Source: Convolutriloba macropyga (Eukaryota). From it: DNA of 64,000 bases. How positions within the stretch are numbered: position 1 is the stretch's first letter; every line of letters starts with the position of its first letter. The stretch covers positions 13,640,001-13,704,000 of the forward strand of contig NC_134468.1 of NCBI RefSeq assembly GCF_964194025.1, in the 5' to 3' direction. Made by a program: the position numbers and the translations under genes. Below are positions 50,810 through 64,000 of this stretch, in pieces. The notes under the pieces were generated by a model, which saw only the letters and a program-made list of their open reading frames with translations, made no database searches and was not told the origin of the DNA.

Positions 50810-53800
50810 ACGTTGAAAAACGCTCAAGGAACAAGTAAAACATTTTCATACTCAAGCAATGCTTAACGAGGTCCATTCCACGTTTAAATATTCCTTCCTT
50901 AAAGAAGTTGTTCTTCAGTTTTTCGTTGCGCTTTCGAGTTAACAACTTTTTCGAATGTCCTCTAGTTCGGGTTCTCGAGTTCCCCTGAAAAAGTGATCCT
51001 GAGATTTTGCGGTCATATCTTCCTGATGTCAACTTCAAGGTCTCAATCGCGTCGCCTCTCATTCGTCGGTAGAAAAAGAATGGCACTTAGAGTATTCTGA
51101 ATCTCTCTTAACAACTCAGTTCCTTCAGTTCAAAGATTTTTTTTCGTAGCTCTCATTTGAACATTTTTGATAGTTTTGATCATTTTTCTGGTTCCAGGAT
51201 TCCACACCGGCGTTGCGTATTCGAAATAAGGTCTTAACAAAAATAAAAAATCTGAAGAGATGTTTGAATTTGTTCACGTCTAAGTTGTTGAAAGTTCTCC
51301 TGATGAAGCCGATGATTTTGCTTGCTTTGTTCACTTTGTTGACGATGTGCATTTCAAATTTCAACTCATTGTCAAACCTACCTTCAAGATCCACATTTAT
51401 AGGGTCTTCTTCGATCGTCTCTGGACGTTTGATCTCTGCACATTATTTCCTACAAACAAGTCTGCTTTGCGCCAGATGTAGGAATTTCGATTTCTTCGGG
51501 TCGAATGGAAAAAGCCATTTCTTGATCCAATCTTCCAGGGCAAACAAGTCTTGCAAAAACTGAATAAATCATTGCCCAAAAGCAGATCACTTCATTGAAA
51601 AGTTTTGTCCCTGAAAACATGTAGACTGGGCTCCGAACACAAGGAAATGACAAAGAAGATTAGTCCTAGGACGCTACCTTGCGGCACGCCAATTTTGACA
51701 TCGCCTTTTGACGATTTCTCTTAGTTCACGCTGACATGATGTTTCCGGTCACCTAGGAACGCTTCCATACACTTCTGGACTTTTTCTCCAATTCCGTATG
51801 ACAGCACTTTTAAGGAGTCTTTTGTGAGGTTTTTTTTTCAATTTTTTGGAATCCCATTAGATACAATCAATGCCTCCTCCTCTGTTAAGTATCTTAATCC
51901 CTTCATTATTGACTGTTAACTATCAGGCCATTTTAAGCAAGCTGGTTCATTATTTTGCCATGAATAACGCTTTCTACGGTTTTAAAAACAATACTAGTCA
52001 CAGTAACAGGACTTTTCAACAAGCTTCCGGTCTCCTGTTTTCAAAAAACTGTAATCGTTGCTTCCCCCCGTCCATGAAGAACTCTCTTTTCAATCAAGCA
52101 ATTTCAAAAAAACAACTGCGGTCGCTTGGCTAGAACTCAAGTCAACTCATTCATTTTTTCATTGATGATCACATCTGCAAGCATGCTGAAAAAAGCACTT
52201 TTACCATACAGCTCCGGAGTCTCATATAGTTCTGTAACAAACACACTGCAGATGTACAAGATCAAGGCCTCAGCTTTTTCTTTGCCGGCTAAATCTGTCT
52301 CTCTATTCTCGGCTCAAAATACGCGTATTCCTGTTTTGATATTGAACTTTGCCTTTACAGATATTTTTTTGGTTGGATCTGACATCTCTAGCAATCTGGT
52401 TTTCGATTCTGACAGTTTCCGTTCGAGTAAAGTTTCTTAGTTCCTTTTTTTATTTTTTTGTACTTTTCCAGTGTTTGATCAGATTTGCTGCGCAAAATCT
52501 TTATGCTCAAGCTACTTTTTTGCTTGCTTGACATGCTTGCGAGTTTCAATAGTACGCGGCACTGGAAGCTTTACTTTTGCCTGACTCTTCATTTCAGGCA
52601 CCCATTGAGCTGTTAACCATTCAATTTCATTTTTGAGTTGTCTTTTGAATAGAATGTCAACAAATTTCCGCTCCATTCGATCTGTTATATAATTTCCCGA
52701 CAATTTTCGTAGTCGCCTTTTGGGAATATTTTTCTCTCCAATTTTGGTTTTGTTTGAGGTCGTATAAGAAGATGACTGAGTGGTCACTTTTGTTTTCAGT
52801 GCTCCAAAGTCTCCAAGATTTATCATTTTAGAAGTCAAAGTGTTGAATACGCTAAGGTTTTGTTCGGCTCTCTCTTTCGCAGTTTCTTTTTCAATCTCGA
52901 GAGCCGAGGGGTCATAACATTAGTTTCTCTTTTTCCTTTTTCGTAATTTTCTTTGTCTCTATCCCTTGTCTCTTTCATGAGTTTTTGAAAATCTGTTACA
53001 GTTGAGAAGTTCATTTGCATCACTTGTGACCCATCACTTGCTTTCATCTTTTTTGAGAGAAATTTAACGAATTTTTACTCTATTGTGTTTGAATTTTTCT
53101 TTGATTCCATATGACAACACAATTTTTAGGAGCTTTTCGAAGTACTTTTTCAAGAGGTTTTTGGAATTGCAATAGACAAATAGATACAACCAACGCTTCT
53201 TCCTCTGTTAAGTATCTTCGGCCAGTCATTTAGGACTGATGTTAGTTGGCGGCTGGGGGATCTTCTTTTGACAAAAGCAAATTGACTGTTTGAGTTAAAG
53301 CTATTTCGCGGAGGGTGGTCCGCTATTTTGCCACGAATAATGCTTTCCGTGAACTTAATGAAAACATTAGTCAGACTAACAGGACTATAATTTTCAACAA
53401 ACGTCCGGTCTCCTGTTTTGAAAAGAACTGTAATCGTTGCTTCCTTCCTGTCCTTGAGGAGTTCTCCTTCAATCAGGCAGTATCTAAATAGCAACTCCAA
53501 TTGGCTGGCTAGAAATCAAGCCACCTCTTTTATTTTCTTAGTGATAATCGCATCTTTAAGCGGGCTGGAATATGCTCACTTGCCATGCAGTTCCGAAGGG
53601 TCATCTTGTTCTGTAGCAAACATACTGCAGAAGTACATGATCAAGGTCTCAGCTTTTTCTTTGTCGGCTGAAATTGTCTCCCTATTCTCGGCTCTCAAAT
53701 CGTTTATTGCCGTTTTGATATTGAGCTTTGCTTTTACATTACGCCAGAACCTTTTTGGATTAGACACCGACATCTTTGGAAATCTGCTATTTGGTTTTCG

Positions 53801-56800
53801 CAGTTTCCCTTCGAGTAAATTTTCTTAGTTTTTTTGAACTTTTCCAGTGTCTGATCAGTTTTGCTGCGCAAAATCTTTCTCCTAAAGCTACTTTTTTGCT
53901 TGCTTGATGTGCTTGCGAGTTTAAATAGTACGTGGTACTGGAAACTTTACTTTTGCCTGATTCTTCGTTTTAGGCACCCATTGAGTTGTTCAATTTCATT
54001 TTTGAGTTTGATTGTTGTCTTTCAAATAAAATGTCATCCAATTTCCACTCCACTTGATCTGTGAAAAAAATTCCCAAAGTTTTCGTAGTCGCCTTTTCTC
54101 TCCAATCTTCTCTCTGTGGTTTGGTTTCGTATAAGAAGATTACTGATTGGTCACTTCTTGTTTTCAGTGCTCCAAGGTCTCGGAGATTTAGCATTTTAGA
54201 AGTCAAAGTGTTGAATATGCTAAAGTTTTGTTCTTCGGCTCTCTCTTTCGCAGTTTGTTTTTCAATCTCGAGAGCCGAGGGGTCATAACATTAGTTTCTC
54301 TTTTTCCTTTTTCGTAATTTTCTTTGTCTCTATCACTTGTCTCTTTCATGAGGTTTTGAAAATCTGTTACAGTTGAGAAGTTCATTTGCATCACTTGTGA
54401 CCCATCACTTGCTTTCATCTTTTTTGAGAGAAATTTAACGAATTTTTACTCTATTGTGTTTGAATTTTTCTCTGATTCCATATGACAACACAATTTTTAG
54501 GAGCTTTTTGAGGTACTTTTTCAAGAGGTTTTTGGAATTGCAATAGATACATAGATACAATCAACACTTCTTTCTCTGCTAAGTATCTTCGTCCAGTCAT
54601 TAAGCACTGATGTTAGTTGGAGGCTGGGGGATCTTCTTTTGACAAAAGCAAATTGACTGTTTGAGTTAAGGCTATTTCGCGCAAGGTGGTTCGCTATTTT
54701 GGTGGTTCGTGAACTTAATGAAATAACTAGTCAGACTAACAGGACATAATTTTCAACAAGTTTCCGGTCTCCTGTTTTGAAAAGAACTGTAATCGTTGCT
54801 TCCTTCCAGTCCTTGGGGAGTTCTCCTTCAATCAGGCAATTTCGAAATAGCTACTCCAGTTGGTTCGCTAGAAATGAAGCCATGTCTTTCATTTTCTCAG
54901 TGATAATCACATCTGTAAGCGGGCTGGAAAAGGCACACTTGACATGCAATCCGGAGAGTCATCTTGTTTTGTAACAAACATACTGCAGAAGTACAAGATC
55001 AAGGTCTCAGCTTTTTCTTTGTCGGCTGAAATTGTCTCCCTATTCTCGGCTCTCAAATGCGCTTATTGCCGTTTTGATATTGAGCTTTGCGTTTACATTA
55101 CGCCAGAAGCTTTTTGGATTGGATCTGACATCTTTGGCAATTTGCTCTTTGATTTTCGCTGTTTCCCTTCGAGTAAATTTTCTTAGCTTGTTTCTCATCT
55201 TTTTCCATTTTTGCAGTGTTTGATCAGTCTTACTGAGGAAAAACTTACTCCACAAGCCATATTTTTGCCTGATATGCTGGTGATTTTCAATTCTGCGCGG
55301 CCCCGGAAACCTTGATTTTGCCTTACTTTTTGTTTAAGGAACCCATTGAGCTGCTAACCATTCAATTTTGTTTTTCAGTTCGGACCATTATCCTTCAATG
55401 GACATGCCGTCGAACTCTTTGCTCCGCTCAATCTGTGATACAATTTCCCTGTGGTCACTTTTGCCAAAATGAGCTTTGCAGTCGATGCATTGAACATGCA
55501 ATTCAGAGCTAGCAAAAATGAGATCAATGGGACTTGGTGTTGTCCGCCGCACGGCCTCTTGTGAGATAATACAGCAGTTGGGTCCAAAAAAGTCTTTAAA
55601 TAATTCCACGAAACTGAACTCTTTGGTATCTTGAGAAAATCAGGTCCAGTTGACCGACCAATCAATTTTTGGGAAATTAAAATCTCCGATTACGAATTTG
55701 TGATCGCTGGCCAAATAAATTTTAGTAGCATTTTTTCAGAAACCTTGAGCTCTTCATCTGATGCACTCAATTGTCTGTAAACTGATCACAAGACAACTTT
55801 CTTGTTTTCTTTTGTTTCTATTCCGAGGCAAATGGCATCTCTGAGATAGGACCTGGTAGAAGCCTGATCTTGAGCCCGGCTTTTTTTCATGAAGTAAACG
55901 ATGACTCTTACTCGTCGCAAAAATTGTCTGATGCCTCCAATGTGAAATCAATTTTCTTCGGCTTAGCTTCTTCAATACTAAAGATTGCTGGCTTTGAGGA
56001 ATCTAGTCTTGCTTTGATTTCCGCCTTCTTCTTGTTTGTCACCATGTCCGTATTGCTGAACAACATTTTTATCATTGCAGTTTTTCCAATTCTTGTTCGT
56101 CGATTGCTTCTTTGTTTTTACTTTTCTTAATTTACAATAAATGAAGCTTTTCAAATTTTCTTCATCTCTGTTTTTGGCGTCTTTGATTGCTTTGTCGCAT
56201 TGTTTTGGCCTCGTTCTGCAAGAGATTATATGCTAGACAAATCGACTTGAATGCATCAGTTGCGTTGTTCAGTTTTCCTTTCAACTTATGAAAGAGCATG
56301 TCTCTTTTCTATTTAGTAGGAAGAACGATTTTCAGAGGTCCGCTCTATTTGGAGCTTCTTCCGTTGTCACTGATTTTCCCTTCTCCAATATCATTATCAC
56401 TACCTCCTCCTTTGTCATTGTTAATGTTTCCCTTGTCTCATTTTTCTCCCGTCACTGTTGTTTTTTTCCGAGTCAAATTGTTTTAACTGCTCCAAGGCCT
56501 CCAAAATTTTGCATTTCAGAGTTCAAAGTGTTGAAGATGCTAAGATATTCATCGGATCTCTCTTTTTCAGTTTCGTTTATACTCTCGGGCAGTTAATGAG
56601 TGATAAGCGTAGTTTCTTTTTTGGTTTTGTCATCATGTTTTTGTCTCTTTCCCTTGTCTTTTTTAAGATTTTTTAAATGTATTTCACTGTTGGGATGTTC
56701 TTTTGCACCACTTGTGACCAATCAGGTGCTTTGAATTTTTCTTTTGAGAGACGTTCATCGAATTTTTACTCTATTGTCTTCCCGAATGGCAGTATTCTGT

Positions 56801-56990
56801 TCTCAATTAGTGTTCAATTCTGGTCCTTGAAATCCTGTATTTTTTTGCTCAATTACCTTGGACATTGTAATAAAAGCAGCATCCCGTGTGGTACCAAGCA
56901 CCGCAGAGAAAGCACTGCAGCCTCCCATCCCTGCATTCTGATTAGCATGATCCGCGAGGATACTGTACAGATTTCAATCTAGTGCTATGC
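50810..56990 (-). mobile_element. Decayed CR1/L2-like LINE with internal ~1.37-kb duplication
   Basis: 3' RRMRGDAIETLK..RTRGHSKKL; GVPQGSVLG (~51665-51692); KEATITVLFKTGDR..NYSPVSLT; APE motif GDFNFPKIDW (~55660-55692); ORF1 remnants. 52780-53560 is repeated at 54150-54940. Confidence 0.85.
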
Positions 56991-59900
56991 TTGTGTTGGG
57001 ACATTGGTGAGGAGACAAAGAGGTCAAAGGGAGAAGACAGACAGCTCAAGTAGATTAAGCTATATTGAAGCAATCAAAACTGTCGCGCGAACAAATTTGG
57101 GCTCGGAGGAACCAAGAAAAGCTTGCGCCAACCATAAACTAGACTTGGGACATTGAGGGCTAATGCGCCAATAGAGAAGTTAAGAGGACTTCCTGCTTCT
57201 TCTTGTCTTTTGTGGAATCGCATTCGCCGTCTCGATTTTGGCTTGTTTTTCGTTTTGATTTTTAAAATAATATCACGGGCCATCTTGATTCAAGTACGCT
57301 ATAGTTTTTAAGTAGGCTTCAAATATTTCGTTTCCCCGAGCCTTAGTTGGGTGGACTAGTTGATGCTCCGCGTTGATTGGTAGTTGTTTTTTGCTGTTGA
57401 TGACATCGAGTTCAAAAAATTTGGGCTCGGAGGAACTAAAAAAAGCTTGCGCCAACAGTAAACTAGACTTGAGGCATTGAGTTCTAATGCGCCAAAAGAT
57501 AAAAACCCTCGACGCACTGTGCAGGTTTCCGCTTACAGAGAATTCAAGAGGACTACCTGCTTCTTCTTGTCTTTTATGGAGTCGCATTCGATGTCTCGAA
57601 TTTAGCTTGTTTTCCGTTTTGATTTTTACAATAAAATGACGGGCCATAATGATTGAGGTAAGTTAGAATTTTTTAGGTAGGCTTCAAGTATTTCTTCTCC
57701 CCGAGCTGCAGTTGGGTGGACTAGTTGATGTTCTGCGTTGATTAGTAGTTGTATCTCGCTATTGATGATATCGAGTTCGAAATGTTTTAGCTCTGCTAGG
57801 GGATTATCGGCTTCTTTTCGTGGAACATAGACTACCGCAATGATTGGGGCTTGGAAAGTAGATAAAGTTCCGATCAACTCGTTTGTTGGAAAGACAGTGA
57901 AATTGTTGCTGCAGTGTTCGGAGATGGAATTGTTATTAGGTCGTGCAATAGTACAATACCGTTCGACTCTGATATACCAAAGTTTTGAACAATCTCTACT
58001 GGCTTCTTAGCAGTGGAATCCAACGGGTAGTGGTGACTTTCTTGAAAAAGTTCTTTGCTTCATTGGTTCTTCAATATTGACAAGCGAACTGGCTCCAAAT
58101 AGATGGAATTCGTCAGTCTTCACTCGCCTACGGCCTTGAAAGCGATCCTCAGATGAAATGAATAGGATCAAAATCACCCGAACACGCATGTGATATGAAA
58201 AAATCTTGAGGTGCAAGTGAAAGAAATTCTATTTGATAAGTCTGTCGCTACAAAATAATAAGTTTATCACAACAATTAGTGAATCCACAATTTGTCTTTT
58301 TTTGGCAATTTGTATTTTGAAGTATATTGTTTGATAAAACACAAGAACAAAAGAGCCTACGTTTTTTGTGCAAAGCGAAATTAGCGGCACCGAATCTTAA
58401 CATCGAAGATTCGTCGACATCCCGTGGACTTGACTTCGTAAAGCGATAAAAAATATTCAATAAAAAGAAAGCTCCTCCCCTAAAAGAGTAATCGGTGAAC
58501 CCGGGGGCAGCAATTCAACCCCTAGATGTTTTTATAAATCTTGACAGTAGTAAAAAATTAAAGCAATAGAAGCGAAGAATAAAGTGACAAGCAACAGAAT
58601 TAAAATCAATATATATATATATATATGATAAATTGCAATCAAAATATAGTTTGTAGTAAACTTGAATCAGAATCGCAAAACGAGTAAAAATTTTACGTCC
58701 ATGTGGATCAACCATAACCGTTTTCTCTCAAGTCAATTGTTTCAGTCATATCTGTTGAATTTTCATCAGTATAAACTGCTTAGCTCAAAAATTACGTTTT
58801 TTGAGTGATGGAGTGTGTCACTCGGTTTCACAACGATAACACAATTATTCCAGGAGTTTGTAGTGCCGTATTTTATGATAAGACATAATAGGTGAGAAAT
58901 TTTTTTGACTTGAGGGAAGAGAAATAAAAGGAGGGGGTTGGGCACAAAGCAAAACTCAACCGGCTAATTTCGTGCGAATTGCTCTCGCACGACCGGTTGG
59001 TTTCGTCAGTAGCTAGCCAAGGTTTTGTGAGGGTAGCTTTAGCCTAATTGAACGGGCGTGAAGCGAGCACAGCAGGGGAGGGGCAACAGTAGGAAATGGT
59101 GTTAGTTTTTTTTGTCTGCATCGCCAGGCCCCTACGACCTGAACAATGTGCAGTTGTGGCGATTGGGGGAATGAAGTGGAAGGTGGATTGATGTGTGGGG
59201 TTCAACCTCTAAGAACCACCCTTCACACCATAAGTATAAGTCTCCGAAACAGTTTCTGTGAATCACATACTTGGAGATTAGTGAAATTGAAGGCTCTAAG
59301 TGAACTCAATGCCCACTGGGCGCAACCTGTTTATCCCATGTTTGAGGACGAAATGTCAAATGATTCAGACAAAAAAATTGTCTTGTGAAAAATCGCATAT
59401 CAAAAACACCGACTGGACGAAAATAATTGCTACAAACTTTGTTTTTTGAAAGCAAGCAAATGTATAATATTTTTCATCAATTGATTATTATTTAATCAAT
59501 TTTTCATCAATCTTCATCAAGTTTCATATATTAAAGGCTCATGAAACTGGAAAAATCTGCCATAAAGTTTTTAATTATATTCAGTTAGAAGAACGCTCCA
59601 GGATCAAGTATGATTACATTGAAGAATATATTGAGAATGTACTGATAGATAGATAAGAACTTATAAACGCAAAGATTTTAAATTTCCTTTTTTGTGATTG
59701 TAAATTAAAACGAAACAAAATGTTTCTTAGATAGGATGACCGCGTATCAGATTTTCGCTAGTGATCTGATTTGCATCCTCACGAGTTTAGTCTGCAAAAC
59801 AACACAGGCATACATTTAACATCCCCTCGTACCCAATCAATGGTATTGATGTAGTTCATCATCAGTTTATCAGTTCTTTTCTGTGAGCAGGTAGTGCTCT

Positions 59901-62900
59901 TTTCAGAGCTCTTGTTTCCTAGCAACCTATTTGGTACATTTATCTACTAAACTTTAGATAATTACTTTGAAAGAATTTACCTTTTCACATTCAATCAGTT
60001 CTTCCAGAAACTCATCCCTCGTTATGACTACTCTTTACGTAAATAATATTTCCGTTGCTCTTTTTTGTTAGCAATTTTTTTGAATCTCCTCCAGTTTGGT
60101 TTCTCGTGTCCCTCTGAAGATGGTCTGCTGAGATTTTGTGGTCGTATTCTCCTGATGTCAACCTAAAGGTCTCAATCATGTTGCCTCTCAATAATTGCTA
60201 CAAAAAAATGGTATGTCGAGTGCTCTGTCAAGCTTCCGGTCTCCTTTTTTGTAAAAGAGCTGTAATTGTTGCTTCTTTCCAGTCCTGAGGTAGTTCTCCT
60301 TCGTTCTCCTTCCCAATTTCGAATTAACAACTCTAGTGGTTTGGCTAGAATTTGAGCCAACTATTTCAAGAGGTATTGATGAATTCCATCGAAACCTGGC
60401 GACCTGTTTCTTTCGGGCACCGCAAGCTTAATTAACACACTTTTCTCAGTAATGGTTACATCTGTGGTCATCCAGTTCCGCAGAGTTATCTTTTTCTGCA
60501 ACAATCACACTGGCGACCTGCTTGTCAATTTTCGCAATCTGTTTGTCGATTGTCGAATTTTCTCTTCGAGTAAGATTTTTTTTGCACGTATCTTTACCGG
60601 TGTGTAATTAGATCTAATGTGCAAAAACTTCTTTGCAAAAAAAAATTTTTTAATTCGATATGCTTGCGAGTTTCAATGGTACGATGGAAATCTTGCTTTT
60701 GCCTGACTCTTCGTTTAAGGCACCCATTGAACTGTTAACCATTCAATTTCATTTTTAAGTTTAGACCGTTGTCTTTCGATTGGCATGTCAATCTCTCTGT
60801 TGCGTTGTCTGAGGTCGTATAAGAAGATGACTGAGTGGTCACTTTTGCAGAAAGGAGCTTGTTAGTCGATGCTATGAACTCGCAATTCAGGGCTAGCAAA
60901 AATGAGATTGATTGTACTCTGATTTTCCAACCCTATGCTTTTTCGAAGGAAAAACGACCGGTTAGGTCCAAAAGACGTCTTTAAATAGGTCCAAGAAACT
61001 AAACTTTTTCGTATCGTGAGAAAGTTGGGTCCAGTTGACCGGCCTATCAATCTTCGGGAAGTTAAAATCTCTGATTGCTTCTTTGTTGTTGCTAGCCCAG
61101 TGGACCTCTTGTGGGACATTTCCAGGAACCGCGTGCTCTTATTCTGATGCACTTCAATGTCTGTAAATTGATCTCAGGACAAACTTCTCGTTTTCTCCTG
61201 TGTCTATTTCGAAGAAAACGGCATCTGTGTTATATGATCTGGCATTGAGAAGACTAATTTTGAGCGCGGCTCCTTTCCTTACTGTTCCTGTTTTCTTTCC
61301 TTACTTGTACTCATCAAAAAAATTGTTGGATGCTTTAATTTTGAAACCAGTTTTCTCGGGTGTACCTTCTTGCATACTAAAATGCGTGGGTTTTGATGCA
61401 TCTAATCTTGCTTTGGTTTCCGCCTTCTTCTCTGTCATTGCTTATGTATGGCTTTGACATTGTATTTAAATTTGCAGATTTTCCCATTTTTGCTCGCTGG
61501 GTGCTTTTTTGCTACTTTGTCATAATTCTCAGTACCTCCATTTGTCCTGCGGGTCATCTCTGTTTTTGGTGTTTTCTGTTGCTTGCCGTTTTGGTTTTAA
61601 GCTCCTCATCCCGCAAGAAGTCATATGCTAGACAAAATGGATTAAACTTATCATTTGCCTTCTTCCTTTTTTTGAAATTTTGAAACATCAGGTGTCTTTT
61701 CTCTTTAGTAGGGAGAACAATTTTCAGAGTCCTGCTCTTTTTGGAGCTTCCTCCGTTGTCACTTTTTGTACCTTCTCCATTATTTTTATCACTCCCTCCT
61801 CCCATGTCATTGTTATTTTGTCCCCTGTTGTCATTTTTAACCCCGTCACGGTTGTTTGTGTTTCCGAGGATACCTGCTTTCAATGCTAAAAGATCTCCTA
61901 GTTTTAGCTCTTTAGTAGTCAATTTGTTGATAAGGCTCAGATCTTCTTCAGCCTTCTCATTTGCAGTGTCTTTTTTACTCCCTGTGAGCCCGTGAGTGAT
62001 AACATTATTTTCTCTTTTCCCTTTGTTGTCTTTTTTTGGTCTCTTTGCTTTGTCTCTTTCATTATTTCTTGAAAGCTTTTTTACAGTTGGGACGTTCCTT
62101 TGCACCACCTTTGACCAATCAGGTGCTTTGAAATTTTCTTTTGAGAGAAGTTTAGGCAAATTTCCCTCTATTTTCTTCTCAAGCGACAGTATCCTGGTCT
62201 CAATTAGTTTTCAGTTCTGGTCCCTGAGATCGTCCGTTTGTTGCTCGATTAACATGGACATTTCATCTTCCAGTAATTATGGCTGCTGTTTGCTTAGGCC
62301 TTCCTTTCCAAGTTGTTCGCATCCTTTGCACAGCCGGAATAGGCCACACGATTTGAAGAAAATCGTGATTGCACTACCAAGGATGCCAGAGCAGCATCCA
62401 GTGTGGTACCAAGAACCGCAAAGAAAGCACTGCATCGTTCCATCCCTGCATTATAGTTAGCATGATTCGCCATCTAGTGTTATTTTTGTGTTGGGACATT
62501 GGTGAGCGGACAAAGGGGTCGAAGGGAGAAGACAGATAGCTCAATTAGATTATGTAATGTTGAGGCAATGAAAACTATCGTGCCAACAAATTGGGGATCG
62601 GCGGAACTAAGAAAAGCGTGCGCCAACAGTAAACTAGACTTGAGGCATTGAGCTCTAATGCGCCAAAAGATACAAACCCTCGACGCACTAAGCAGGTTTC
62701 CGCTTACAGAGAATTCAAGAGGACTACCTGCTTCTTCTTGCCTTTTATTGAGTCGCATTCGATGTCTCGAATTTAGCTTGTTTTCCGTTTTGATTTTTAC
62801 AATAAAATGACGGGCCATAATGATTGAGGTAAGTTAGAATTTTTTAGGTAGGCTTCAAGTATTTCTTCTCCCCGAGCTGCAGTTGGGTGGACTAGTTGAT

Positions 62901-63980
62901 GTTCTGCGTTGATTAGTAGTTGTAACTCGCTATTGATGATATCGAGTTCGAAATTCTTTAGCTCTGCTAGGAGATTGTCGGCTTCTTTTCGTGGCAAATA
63001 GACTACCGCAAAGATTGGAGGTTGGAAAGTGGATAGAATTTGATTCAGCTCGTTGGTTTGAAAGACAGTGAAACTGTTGCTGAAGTGTCTGGAGATTGAA
63101 TTGTTATTAGGTCATGCCATAGTACAATACCTTTCGACACTGACGTTCCCAAAATTTTGAAAAAACTTTTCCAGCTTCTTAGAACTGGGTTCCACGGATA
63201 GTGGTGACTTTCTTGAAAAAATTATTTTGTTTCATTGTGTTTTTTATATTGTCAAGCGAACTGGCTCCAATAAGATGAAAGATCGTCAATCTTCACTCGC
63301 CTACGTCTGGGAAGGCAAGAATCAGATGAATTGAACAGAACCGAGTTCAACCCATCGTGCATATGATATGAAAATAAACAAAGAGGTGAAAGAGGAAAGA
63401 AATCTATTTATTATGTTTATCACAACAAATTAATAAGATTGTCACATTTAGTGTATCCACAATCTGTCTTTTTTGTGGATTTTCAAACCAGATCATTTAA
63501 TTACACACAAAGACAGAAGAACCTACGTTTTTTGTTCATAGGAGATTATCGGCAACTAGTCTTAACTTAAATTTGAACCTTTTGATTCTGTCATGCTAGC
63601 TCAATGATTCGTCGACGTCCCGTTGACTTGACTTCTTAAAGCAATAAAAGAAAAGTTCAATCAAAAGAAAGCCCTTCCCCTAATAGTATAGTTGGTCAAA
63701 CCGACGGCAGTAATTCAGCCCCTAGGTATATTTATAAATCTCAACAGTATTAAAAAATAAAAGCGTTAGAAGCGAAAGATAAAGTGACGAGCAACAGAAT
63801 TAAAATCAAGTGTGGTAATTTTGAATCAGTATCGCAAAACGGGTGAAATTTGTTCCGTCCATGGTACCACTTCATAACTGTTTTCTCTCGTGCAATTTGT
63901 TTCAATAATCCTTCTTGCCTCTTCATCAGTCTAAACTGCGTAACTGAAAAATTTTGTTTTTGAGTGAATGAAGATGCCCC
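56640..63980. repeat. Old ~5.2-5.4-kb duplication (56640-58830 similar to 62070-63980) containing LINE ORF1 and APE-like remnants
   Basis: Paired ORFs 57273/62480 and 57626/62797, with collinear downstream sequence. Confidence 0.75.
60100..62460 (-). mobile_element. Second CR1/L2-like LINE remnant; ORF1 with PHD-like finger
   Basis: ORF 61554-62159 (APDWSKVV..RENNVITHGL) preceded by CRDGTMQCFLCGSWYHTGC..CKGC at ~62320-62450. Confidence 0.7.
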
Positions 63981-64000
63981 TGTATTTGAAAACGATGACA

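Overview
AT-rich, repeat-dense animal genomic DNA (spliced ODF2/cenexin-like exons, most likely an invertebrate). The centrepiece is a 12.96-kb env-bearing Ty3/Gypsy LTR retroelement on the - strand (23381-36339) with TGTCA..TGACA LTRs, an ATAAT target-site duplication, a tRNA-Leu-type PBS, a PPT and gag-pol-env. Between env and the 3' LTR it carries a 3.1-kb accessory region read on the opposite strand. That region holds (i) a three-exon JmjC-family 2OG/Fe(II) oxygenase gene with intact HxD...H ligands, (ii) a ~175-bp-period array of a two-part motif with fixed 74-bp spacing that also occurs once in the 3' LTR, and (iii) a small predicted secreted, GPI-anchored protein. Nearby are a 3.5-kb env-only LTR element with the same PBS and a 47-bp leader hairpin, a Penelope-like element with a PHD finger inside its RT domain, decayed CRE-like and CR1/L2-like LINEs, a MITE and many tandem duplications (0.42-5.4 kb), one of which duplicates a symmetric ODF2-like exon. 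All calls come from manual reading; no database searches were run.
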